The translations under genes and the position numbers were made by a program. The notes under the pieces were generated by a model, which was not told the DNA's origin, searched no databases, and saw only the letters and a list, made by a program, of their open reading frames with translations. A stretch of 64,000 nt of DNA from Anaerolineales bacterium (GTDB taxonomy: Bacteria > Chloroflexota > Anaerolineae > Anaerolineales > E44-bin32): positions 19,834 to 83,833 of the forward strand of contig DAOUEE010000200.1 of NCBI GenBank assembly GCA_034430695.1, written 5' to 3'. Below are positions 47,211 through 54,997 of this stretch, in pieces; the stretch's first letter is position 1, and each line of letters starts with the position of its first letter.

Positions 47211-47707
47211 TCACATGCACGAAGAAGGAGCGGGAGTGGTTCTTGCAGAACATCGCACAGGGACTTGTGGATTATCTCGGTGTGATGGAGCCTCCTGTGC
47301 CGATCGAGAAACTGCTTAGAAATCCCCCGGCGATATACGATGCGGACTTCGGCGTCGTAGAAATGAATTCCGAGCTGTGGGATGCGACGTTCGCGCGGCT
47401 GCCCGATCAGAGTGGTAAAATTTTCGTCCACTCGGATCTCGGACCAGAAGCGCGTCGATATGCATTGGCGCGTGAAACGCTGAGCGCCTTGATCACGAGC
47501 AAGCACGGTCAAAATCTGGGTCTTTTCGAATTGGTCGAATCGCACTTGAGAGAATCTGCGGAATTTTTTGCCCGAATACTTCTAGCCCCTCCGCGCTTAC
47601 TGCGCTGCTTTTGTTCAGGGGATGGAGCGGTAACGAGGATCGTGAAAGAATTTAAGCTCCCGATGCACGCGGCATCGAAACTTTGTGAAGATATGAGCAC
47701 TGCGTAA
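47207..47707 (+). CDS. ImmA/IrrE (M78, COG2856)-like protein lacking the HExxH zinc site
   Basis: ATGA overlap with the upstream gene. IFVHSDLGPEARRYALARETLSAL...ESAEFFARILLAPPRLL parallels the family pattern I.in..l....RRFTLAHELGHal...E.EAN.FAa.LLmP..ll. H-E-x-x-H is replaced by R-E-T-L-S. Confidence 0.6.
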   Translation: MITCTKKEREWFLQNIAQGLVDYLGVMEPPVPIEKLLRNPPAIYDADFGVVEMNSELWDATFARLPDQSGKIFVHSDLGPEARRYALARETLSALITSKHGQNLGLFELVESHLRESAEFFARILLAPPRLLRCFCSGDGAVTRIVKEFKLPMHAASKLCEDMSTA

Positions 47708-47736
47708 TGCAACAGGAGTTGTTTGTTTGACGGATG

Positions 47737-47768
47737 AGCCGGCCTCGGGGCCGGTTCTTTTTCTTTCC
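47737..47768 (+). terminator. intrinsic terminator ending the small-gene cassette
   Basis: AGCCGGCC-tcgg-GGCCGGTT stem followed by TTCTTTTTCTTT. Confidence 0.65.
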
Positions 47769-47887
47769 AACGGATTAGCGACGACCACACCCTCATAACT
47801 TACTCCCCTTTCATTTGGCACCTACCTTGCACGAAATGGCGTGAAAGCAGAAGGCAGGTATAATCGCGTGCTTGAGGATGAGGACCG

Positions 47888-49810
47888 TTGACGGAAAAGC
47901 AGGCATCTCTGACAGACACATCACCCGGGGCACGAAGGACATCTAGGAAGCCCTGGATTTTTCGATCCTTTCTTTTTATCTCGCTGCTCGCAGTTGTTGG
48001 GATCGGATGGATAAGTATTGGGGTTCAGAATCGATTGCGCGACTCGGATCTGGATCCGACATTGATCTCGCTGGCCACTTCGTTGGCATATACCGCCACA
48101 CCAAGTCCATCGCCCACGGTTTCTCCTGCCTTGCCAACCAACACTCCAGCACCCACAAGAATTACCTCGTGGGGAACGATCATTTTTTCGGCAAGAGGGA
48201 ATGGGTACACACACTTGTGGGCCTATGTGCCCGGGGATTCGAACTCGGTCCAACTGACGGGAGGCCCGTGGGACGATCGCGATCCCGCGGTGAGTCCCGA
48301 TGGGTTTTCGGTTGCCTTCACCTCGAGGCGGAATGGATACTGGGATTTATATATCCTCGATCTGCAGTCGGGCGACATCCGGCGGCTTTCCAATACCCCT
48401 GGCTACGAAGGCAATCCGACGTGGTCTCCGGACGGGCACTGGTTGGCGTTCGAGGCCTACTACAATGACAATTTCGACATCTGGATCGTTCCTGTCGATC
48501 TGGGACAAGATCCGATCCAGCTCACGATTCATCCGGGTGCGGATCTTAGTCCGAGTTGGGATCCCCAAGGCCGCAGGATAGCTTTTGTCTCCGATCGAGA
48601 CGACTCCCCCGACATCTTTCTGGCAAATCTCGATGAACCGGATGATCGTTTTCTCAACATCACCAACACCAAATCGACCGTCGAGAGCATGCCGGTTTTC
48701 AGTGATGACGGTTCGTCATTGGCCTACAGCGAATCCTCCTCGGGTATCGATGTCGTCAAGGTGTTCGATTTGAATGACATCAACCACCCGCCATACGAAG
48801 TCGGGCAGGGCCGGCACGCTGCCTGGTCTCCAGATGGCCGTTACATGGTCACTATATTGCGTACGGCGCTGTACCGGCGATTTCAAGTTTTCGCTCTGGA
48901 TCACGTTGAGGCAGCGGATTTGCCGGTTTTACCGTGGATCGATGTCGACGACGTTACCTGGACGGCGGCCGGAATGCCGGGAGAGATTTCCGCTGTCGAT
49001 CGCTTGCCGCCCACCGATGCGCCGCTGTTGAATGATGCGGCTAACGAATCACAGGATGCGAATGAATTGATGGATCTCGTCGATCTACCCGGGGTTCGCG
49101 CCCCGCATCCTTCTTTGTCAGACGCCGTCGACCAGGATTTTCTTGCGCTCAAAAAACACAGTATTTCGATCCTGGGATGGGATTTTTTGGAGAGTCTCGA
49201 TAATGCCTTTGTTGGATTGAACGATCCGTTGCCGCCCGGATTTGCCTACAACGATTGGCTTTACACCGGCCGGGCGTTCGCTTTCAACAGCGCGGCGATA
49301 CAGGCTGGATGGGTGGAATTCGTACGCGAGGATTTTGGCGGTCAAACCTACTGGCGGGTGTACGTCCTCGCGGCTCTCCAGGACGGTACTTTGGGCGAAC
49401 CCTTGCGTGAACTGCCGTGGGATTTCGACACACGGATTAACGGCGATCCGAAGACGTACGACCAGGGCGGATCCCTGCGAGAGTCCATTCCCTCGGGCTA
49501 CTACATCGATTTTACGCAGCTGGCCTCCGATTATGGTTTTGAACGACTTCCTGCGCTTTCCAACTGGCGGACGTTTTACCACGGAACGCGTCTCAACGAA
49601 TTCGTCAAACGAGAAGGCCTGAGTTGGACGGAAGCGATGCTGGAATTGTATCCCGCCTCAGCTCTGGTGACTCCTACACCGTTCCAAACTCCGACGAACA
49701 CGCCAACCCGAACGCCGAGGCCGACGGCGACTTCTTGGTGGTGGAAATGGCGGACTCCCTCGGCGACGCCAACGCAGCAGCCGATTTTCACCCCAACTGT
49801 GACACCATGA
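47888..49810 (+). CDS. membrane-anchored TolB-like beta-propeller (PD40 repeats) protein with an uncharacterised C-terminal domain and a Pro/Thr-rich tail
   Basis: N-terminal TM helix. Repeated D..P.(W/V)SPDG...(A/V)F.S pattern (PAVSPDGFSVAFTS, PTWSPDGHWLAFEA, PSWDPQGRRIAFVS, AAWSPDGRYMV). TTG start is uncertain. Confidence 0.8.
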   Translation: MTEKQASLTDTSPGARRTSRKPWIFRSFLFISLLAVVGIGWISIGVQNRLRDSDLDPTLISLATSLAYTATPSPSPTVSPALPTNTPAPTRITSWGTIIFSARGNGYTHLWAYVPGDSNSVQLTGGPWDDRDPAVSPDGFSVAFTSRRNGYWDLYILDLQSGDIRRLSNTPGYEGNPTWSPDGHWLAFEAYYNDNFDIWIVPVDLGQDPIQLTIHPGADLSPSWDPQGRRIAFVSDRDDSPDIFLANLDEPDDRFLNITNTKSTVESMPVFSDDGSSLAYSESSSGIDVVKVFDLNDINHPPYEVGQGRHAAWSPDGRYMVTILRTALYRRFQVFALDHVEAADLPVLPWIDVDDVTWTAAGMPGEISAVDRLPPTDAPLLNDAANESQDANELMDLVDLPGVRAPHPSLSDAVDQDFLALKKHSISILGWDFLESLDNAFVGLNDPLPPGFAYNDWLYTGRAFAFNSAAIQAGWVEFVREDFGGQTYWRVYVLAALQDGTLGEPLRELPWDFDTRINGDPKTYDQGGSLRESIPSGYYIDFTQLASDYGFERLPALSNWRTFYHGTRLNEFVKREGLSWTEAMLELYPASALVTPTPFQTPTNTPTRTPRPTATSWWWKWRTPSATPTQQPIFTPTVTP

Positions 49811-50895
49811 AACGCTCCGGTTTCCTCCTGCTCGCGATCGCGTTGACGTCACTCATGCTCTTCGCCTGTGGAGAGGGGAAAAGCGGTCGTATGCCCCAAC
49901 CAACCGTGACAGATGGTGTCCAATTAGCGCCGTCTGCAACGACGACTCTATCGGCCGGTAAGGATGTGTCGAATCCCATGCTGGGCGACCCGGCCAAAAC
50001 TCCGCTGCCCGTCGCATTTCCTACCGTCGAGCCGAGTGAAGAACTGGATTGGAGACCACCACCGTACCCCGCGCCTTGGGCTCTGCGTCCAGAAGACCAT
50101 TACTACTTCTGGCGACCCATTCCTTCGGGGCAGGTAAATTGGCCCCATCCCTTCTATCGTTATGGAAGCTCATATTTTGGTGAGTCGGACATCCATACCG
50201 GTGTGGATTTAGGCGCCGATCGCGGGGCGCCCGTGCTGGCCGCCGGTCCGGGTGAGGTGGTGTGGGCTGGCTACGGATTGTATCGGGGCATCGAAGATCC
50301 CACCGATCCGTATGGTCTCGCAGTGGCCATTCGACACGATTTTGGCTATCAGGGGCAGGCACTTTATACGATTTATGCTCATATGCAAGAGGTCTTCGTT
50401 TGGGACGGCCAGCACGTGGAGGCCGGCGAGCAGCTTGGTACGGTGGGAACCACGGGTCACTCCGATGGCCCTCACCTGCACTTCGAAGTGCGGTTGGGGG
50501 AAAATCGCTTCTTCAGTACGAGGAATCCAGAATTGTGGATGGTGCCGCCGGAGGGGTGGGCCGTGTTGGCTGGGCGAATTACGGACACGTACGGCAATCT
50601 TCTGCCCGAATTTCCGTTGAAAATCCGATCGCTGGAGACCGGGAAGAAATGGGAAGTCTGGACTTACGTTCTCACGACGATTCACCCCGATGATTACTAC
50701 AACGAGAACTTCGTGATCAGTGATTTGCCGGCGGGGCCGTACGAGATCACGATCGATTTCGTGGGTTTTCAATACGTCGCATATTTGACCCTCTACGCGG
50801 GAGAAACCAATTTCATCCTCTTTCGCGGCCGCAACGGTTTTGTCGTTCATCCTACGCCGACGCCCGTCGATCTGTCCAGTCCTCCCGATCTATGA
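49807..50895 (+). CDS. M23 family metalloendopeptidase lipoprotein
   Basis: Lipobox LMLFAC. HTGVDLGA...GHSDGPHLHFEV LytM-type motifs. ATGA overlap with the upstream gene. The ORF-track start at 49624 is rejected. Confidence 0.88.
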   Translation: MKRSGFLLLAIALTSLMLFACGEGKSGRMPQPTVTDGVQLAPSATTTLSAGKDVSNPMLGDPAKTPLPVAFPTVEPSEELDWRPPPYPAPWALRPEDHYYFWRPIPSGQVNWPHPFYRYGSSYFGESDIHTGVDLGADRGAPVLAAGPGEVVWAGYGLYRGIEDPTDPYGLAVAIRHDFGYQGQALYTIYAHMQEVFVWDGQHVEAGEQLGTVGTTGHSDGPHLHFEVRLGENRFFSTRNPELWMVPPEGWAVLAGRITDTYGNLLPEFPLKIRSLETGKKWEVWTYVLTTIHPDDYYNENFVISDLPAGPYEITIDFVGFQYVAYLTLYAGETNFILFRGRNGFVVHPTPTPVDLSSPPDL

Positions 50896-50917
50896 GATAC
50901 ACTGAAGCGAGGAGGGG

Positions 50918-52480
50918 ATGATGCGAATGACGGACGTATTTGGGCGTACGCTGCGTCGAGCACCGGCGGGACACGATCCTTCGACGTCGTACGCTGTACG
51001 CGCTGCCCTCGTTCGTTTCATCGATGATCGACTTCTATTCCTTCCACTTGGGTTGCGTGTAGCCAATAATATTACCGAGGCGCTGCTTCAGGGCAACGAG
51101 ACGGTCAATCATGTAGACGGGCCGGGTGACTTTCCTATCGAAGCATGGAGGCGCTTACTCGACGACGAAATCCAATCCTATCGCCAATTACCGCTGTGTC
51201 TGTTCTCTCGCCGATTGGAACGTTTTTCCGATCATCCTAGAGGGCTTGCCAGCCCGGAGTGGGTACGTGGATTGAAGTGGCATTATGCTGCGTCTACGGA
51301 AGCTTCGTTATCCGAATTGTGTGAACGCTGGCTGCAGCAGAACGAAAAACGACTGGACTCTCTTGGCCTTCCTCTCCAACGGCTGGAGTGGGGCGAACGC
51401 AGCTGCGGTTGGGCATACCTGTGTGATTTCGGCCCGGATACTCTGCTGGCTTGTTCCTCGTGCTCCTACATGGCCTCTCACGCGACCGCACACTTCAAAC
51501 GCAGCGAGTTTGTCCCGGAAGATCTGCAATCCCTGGAAATGATTTCGACCCCGGATGCAGACACGATCGAGAGCCTGGCGGCGTTGCTCGACGTTCCTGC
51601 CACAAAAACGTTGAAGGCCGTGTTTCTGCGCAGCGACGATGGAACGGTCGTCCTGGCGCTCATCCGCGGAGATCTGGAAATCAGTATCGAGAAACTCGAG
51701 GACGTGATTGGCCGAAGAGGACTGGTTCCCGCTTCCCGTGCGGAGATCGAGGGAATCGGCGCGGTACCGGGTTATGCAAGTCCGATCGGTTTACACGTTC
51801 GAGAACGACCGGAAACCGAAGGCGTCCTGGTAGTGGCGGATCTTTCGATCGAGCACGGTTTTAATTTCGCCAGCGGCGCCAACAAGCCGGGGTTTCACTT
51901 CAGCGGCGTGAACTATCCTCGCGATTTCGAGGTGACGACGACTGCGGACATTGCCATGCCCAAAGCGGGAGATCCCTGCCCGAAATGCGCGGCGCCACTC
52001 GAATCGCGTGCGGGGATTCGCATCGGCGGTTGGGAAGCGTTTGGAGACGCATTTCATTTTTCGGATGAGGGAGGAAACCTGAATCAGGGTTGGTTGGGTG
52101 CGGGAACCTTGTACCTCGAACCCATTCTCGCCGCTTTGATCGACGTCTATCATCGCGATGGAGTAGCGACCTGGCCGGGTCGATTGGCGCCCTACGATGT
52201 TTACCTCGTGGACCTCCGTTCCCCTCGAGAGACCAATGATGCACTCGAAGGGCTGCAAGCAAAGGGGTTGAGCGTGCTGCTCGATGATCGCGATGTATCT
52301 CCAGGCGTAAAGTTCACGGATGCCGATCTCATCGGATGTCTTTTGCGTATTACGGTCAGCAAGCGGAGCCTGGAAAGAGGGGGTGTAGAACTCGTCTGCC
52401 GCGCAGGCCAGACAGAGGCGATTTACTCCATTACGACGGTCGCAGCCGAGGCTGCAACACTGAAAGACAAATTTATGTAA
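50918..52480 (+). CDS. prolyl-tRNA synthetase-like protein: degenerate class II catalytic core with conserved INS/YbaK-type editing and anticodon-binding domains
   Basis: N-terminus MRMTDVFGRTLRRAP and YRQLPL match bacterial ProRS. The motif 1/2/3 regions are shortened or substituted. The editing domain (ATKTLKAV...IRGDLEI, GANKPGFHFSGVNYPRDF) and C-terminal LAPYDVYLV...LLDDRDVSPGVKFTDADLIG are well conserved. Confidence 0.75.
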   Translation: MMRMTDVFGRTLRRAPAGHDPSTSYAVRAALVRFIDDRLLFLPLGLRVANNITEALLQGNETVNHVDGPGDFPIEAWRRLLDDEIQSYRQLPLCLFSRRLERFSDHPRGLASPEWVRGLKWHYAASTEASLSELCERWLQQNEKRLDSLGLPLQRLEWGERSCGWAYLCDFGPDTLLACSSCSYMASHATAHFKRSEFVPEDLQSLEMISTPDADTIESLAALLDVPATKTLKAVFLRSDDGTVVLALIRGDLEISIEKLEDVIGRRGLVPASRAEIEGIGAVPGYASPIGLHVRERPETEGVLVVADLSIEHGFNFASGANKPGFHFSGVNYPRDFEVTTTADIAMPKAGDPCPKCAAPLESRAGIRIGGWEAFGDAFHFSDEGGNLNQGWLGAGTLYLEPILAALIDVYHRDGVATWPGRLAPYDVYLVDLRSPRETNDALEGLQAKGLSVLLDDRDVSPGVKFTDADLIGCLLRITVSKRSLERGGVELVCRAGQTEAIYSITTVAAEAATLKDKFM

Positions 52481-52550
52481 AGTAATCTTGACATCTTATG
52501 TTCGCTTGTGCTATGCTTCCGAGCGCTGTATTTTCCAGTTCGGAGGGTTA

Positions 52551-53384
52551 ATGATCCGCGAACGAGTCGCTGAGGACGTATATCTGTTCACGAGTGAAGT
52601 CTATGCAAAGGTCAACGCCGGGGCGATCGTCGGTGCGGATTGGTCGGTAATGATCGACACTCTCGCTTACCCCGATGAAACCTTGGAGATTCGCGACTTC
52701 CTCGAAAAACGCCTCCACAAACCGGTACGCTATCTGGTCAACACGCACTACCACGCAGACCATAGTCTGGGCAACTCCTGGTTTCCGGAGGCCGTCATCG
52801 TCGGACACCAACGCTGCCGGGAATTGCTGGATACGTTGGGCAGGACAGCGTTGGAAAATGCACAACAGCAGAGTAAGGAGTTGGAGGATGTCCGTATCGT
52901 TCTTCCTAACGCTGTGTTCGATCGAGGTGGAATCAGCATCCGCGTCGGGAAACGCACACTGCGGCTGGTCTTCTTGCCGGGACACAGCCCGGATGGGATC
53001 GGGGTCCTGATTGAGGAAGACCGTGTCCTCTTTTCCGGCGACGTGATGATGCCCATCCCCTACATCGTCGATGGGGATTACGAAACCATGATCGAAAGCC
53101 TCAATAAAATTCCCGGTATGAAATTGGAGAATTTAATCCAGGGACACGGCGAGGTGGTTTTACGCGGAGAGGTCCGATCGAAGATTGAAGGTAACATCGA
53201 TTATCTAGACCAACTGCGACGCCATGTGCGGAAGGCATCCCGGCGGCGGGATCCGGAAGAATATCTAAAGTCCATCGACGTCGAGTCTTGCGGTAAAAGT
53301 CGTATCCTGCTAAATGGTTTGGCTGAAGAACTGCATACCAGAAATTTACTCGCTTTGTATCACAAGTGGTACGGGAGAGATTAA
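52551..53384 (+). CDS. MBL-fold metallo-hydrolase
   Basis: NTHYHADHSLGN (HxHxDH). ATG 52551 lies 3 nt after GGAGGG plus tta. The ORF-track start at 52488 is rejected. Confidence 0.8.
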   Translation: MIRERVAEDVYLFTSEVYAKVNAGAIVGADWSVMIDTLAYPDETLEIRDFLEKRLHKPVRYLVNTHYHADHSLGNSWFPEAVIVGHQRCRELLDTLGRTALENAQQQSKELEDVRIVLPNAVFDRGGISIRVGKRTLRLVFLPGHSPDGIGVLIEEDRVLFSGDVMMPIPYIVDGDYETMIESLNKIPGMKLENLIQGHGEVVLRGEVRSKIEGNIDYLDQLRRHVRKASRRRDPEEYLKSIDVESCGKSRILLNGLAEELHTRNLLALYHKWYGRD

Positions 53385-53434
53385 TGGGGCCAGCCGTACT
53401 TCCCCGATCGGTGAATCTCAGCGGTGGAAATTGA

Positions 53435-53842
53435 GTGATCATGAAAGAATATATTCTCGTTTTCGACGGCGGCAGCAAGGGGAATCCTGGTTTTTGCTAC
53501 GGATCCTTCCGCATCCAGGAGAAGGGACGCAAACCGTTTCGTCCAGTGCGGATTAAGTTCGGCCGCGGAACGAACAACGAAGCGGAATACAAAGCTTTGA
53601 TCGCGGGTCTGCATGCACTGATCGATAAAGTTGAATCGGAGAACATCGACCCGGCTGCGTGTCTCGTTGAAGTTCGAGGCGACAGCCAGCTGGTCCTTAA
53701 TCAACTGAGCGGCACCTGGAAAGTAAAGAATTTACGCATGAGAACCTTGTGGGATCAGGCGCAAGAATTACTTTCTCGTTTCCGCGAGCAGCGCCTTCGC
53801 CACCAGTCACGCAATCGTACGGTCGAAATCCTGGGCCATTGA
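53435..53842 (+). CDS. RNase H-fold protein (RNase HI / RVT_3-like)
   Basis: FDGGSKGNPG, NNEAEYKAL and RGDSQLV carboxylate motifs. Confidence 0.8.
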   Translation: MIMKEYILVFDGGSKGNPGFCYGSFRIQEKGRKPFRPVRIKFGRGTNNEAEYKALIAGLHALIDKVESENIDPAACLVEVRGDSQLVLNQLSGTWKVKNLRMRTLWDQAQELLSRFREQRLRHQSRNRTVEILGH

Positions 53843-53867
53843 CCGCGCTTCTCGCTTATGGCATAAT
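53839..53867 (+). promoter_or_regulatory. sigma70-like promoter of the T-box leader
   Basis: TTGACC (53839-53844), 17 nt, then CATAAT (53862-53867). Overlaps the RNase H stop codon. Confidence 0.6.
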
Positions 53868-53892
53868 CGTTCGAAACATTAATAAAACAAAA

Positions 53893-54177
53893 AGCGATGA
53901 CGGAGACGAGTACATCCCTGTAGGATAGCAAGCGAGTCCGGGTTGGTGTGAGCCGGATATACCCGGTGGGTGGAAAATCCCTCCAGAGCTGTGACCTGAA
54001 AGCAGTTGACACGCTACTAAGGAAACCGGCTTCGCCAGCCGTTATCCACGGCGCGAACATAATCCTGATGTTTCAGGACGTGTTCGATCGAGTGCCTGCG
54101 TCGCTGCAGGAACCGGGGTGGTACCGCGGGAGAACCGTTGCCTCTCGTCCCTATATGAGGACGAGAGTTTTTGTTTT
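53893..54177 (+). promoter_or_regulatory. class I T-box riboswitch leader (probable Ile specifier AUC) with a terminator/antiterminator switch
   Basis: Stem I has K-turn AGCGATGA (53893-53900) paired to AGAGCT (53985-53990), ACGAGTA, AG bulge AGCGAG and distal loop GGTGTGA (53945-53951). The specifier loop is GAAAATCC (53973-53980). F-box CCGTTA is at 54039-54044 and the T-box sequence AACCGGGGTGGTACCGCG at 54111-54128. The terminator is CTCTCGTCC/GGACGAGAG followed by TTTTTGTTTT (54142-54177). Confidence 0.88.
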
Positions 54178-54277
54178 GGGAGTTCGCTATTCATCGCAGA
54201 CGGCCATTGGCGATGCCGGACTGCGGTCACACGGGCGGCCGGTAGATGCTTCACCAAATCGCCGGAAGGAGCGTTCA

Positions 54278-54989
54278 ATGACCGAACCTCTGTATCATCA
54301 GGATGCGTACTGTAAGACGTTCGAAGCCGAGGTCATCGCAGCTTCGGATGACGGAGTCGTTCTCGATCGATCCGCGTTTTATCCCGGTGGAGGTGGTCAA
54401 CCTTGCGACCACGGATTGCTTCGGGCCGGCGATGTCGTTTTTCCCGTCCGCAAAGTGAAGCGCAGGGACGGCCAAATCTGGCACCAGATCGATGGTGGAC
54501 CGCTGCAAGCCGGCGCAGCGGTTGCGGGCGAACTCGATTGGGAACGACGATATTCATTGATGCGCGTGCATACCGCCATGCACATCCTCTGTGGCGTCAT
54601 CTGGCGTGACTACGGGGCGGCGGTAACGGGCGGGAACATGGAGCCGTTCCGGGGCAGAATGGACTTCGAATTTGAATCGATGCGCAAGGAACTCGTCGAA
54701 GAAATCGAAGAGAAGATCAACCAGGAAGTTGCTGCCGCGCGGCCCGTAAAGACCGACATGCTACCCCGCAAGGAAGCGTTTCAAATCCCGGACCTCATCC
54801 GGACCAAGATCAACCTGCTGCCTCCAGCGATCCAGGTCGTTCGCATCGTGGAGATCGAGGGATTGGACTTACAGGCGGATGGCGGCACACACGTTGCCAA
54901 CACGAAAGAAGTCGGGGGAAATTCACATCGTGGATTACAAGAGTAAAGGTGCGATCAACAAGCGTTTGGTGGTTGAATTGGAAGCTTGA
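54278..54989 (+). pseudogene. alaX: alanyl-tRNA editing protein AlaX (AlaX-M size), with the reading frame broken by a 1-nt indel in a G5 run
   Basis: The annotated frame ends ...HVANTKEVGGNSHRGLQE* at 54946. Deleting one G from 54914-54918 gives ...HVANTKEVGEIHIVDYKSKGAINKRLVVELEA* with its stop at 54987-54989. That is the expected AlaX C-terminus and sits 8 nt before the ileS ATG. Confidence 0.8.
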
Positions 54990-54997
54990 GGTGAAAA

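Noticed and set aside
49624-49806. Upstream extension of the M23 peptidase ORF, and likewise the extended starts at 43206, 52488, 38849 and 34552 in the ORF track.
   Set aside because: These extensions overlap the preceding genes or lack an SD. In each case an internal start with an SD, a signal peptide or family-typical N-terminus is present.
53948-54277. 110-codon upstream extension of the alaX ORF.
   Set aside because: This region is the T-box leader, including its terminator. AlaX homology starts at MTEPLYHQDAY (54278).
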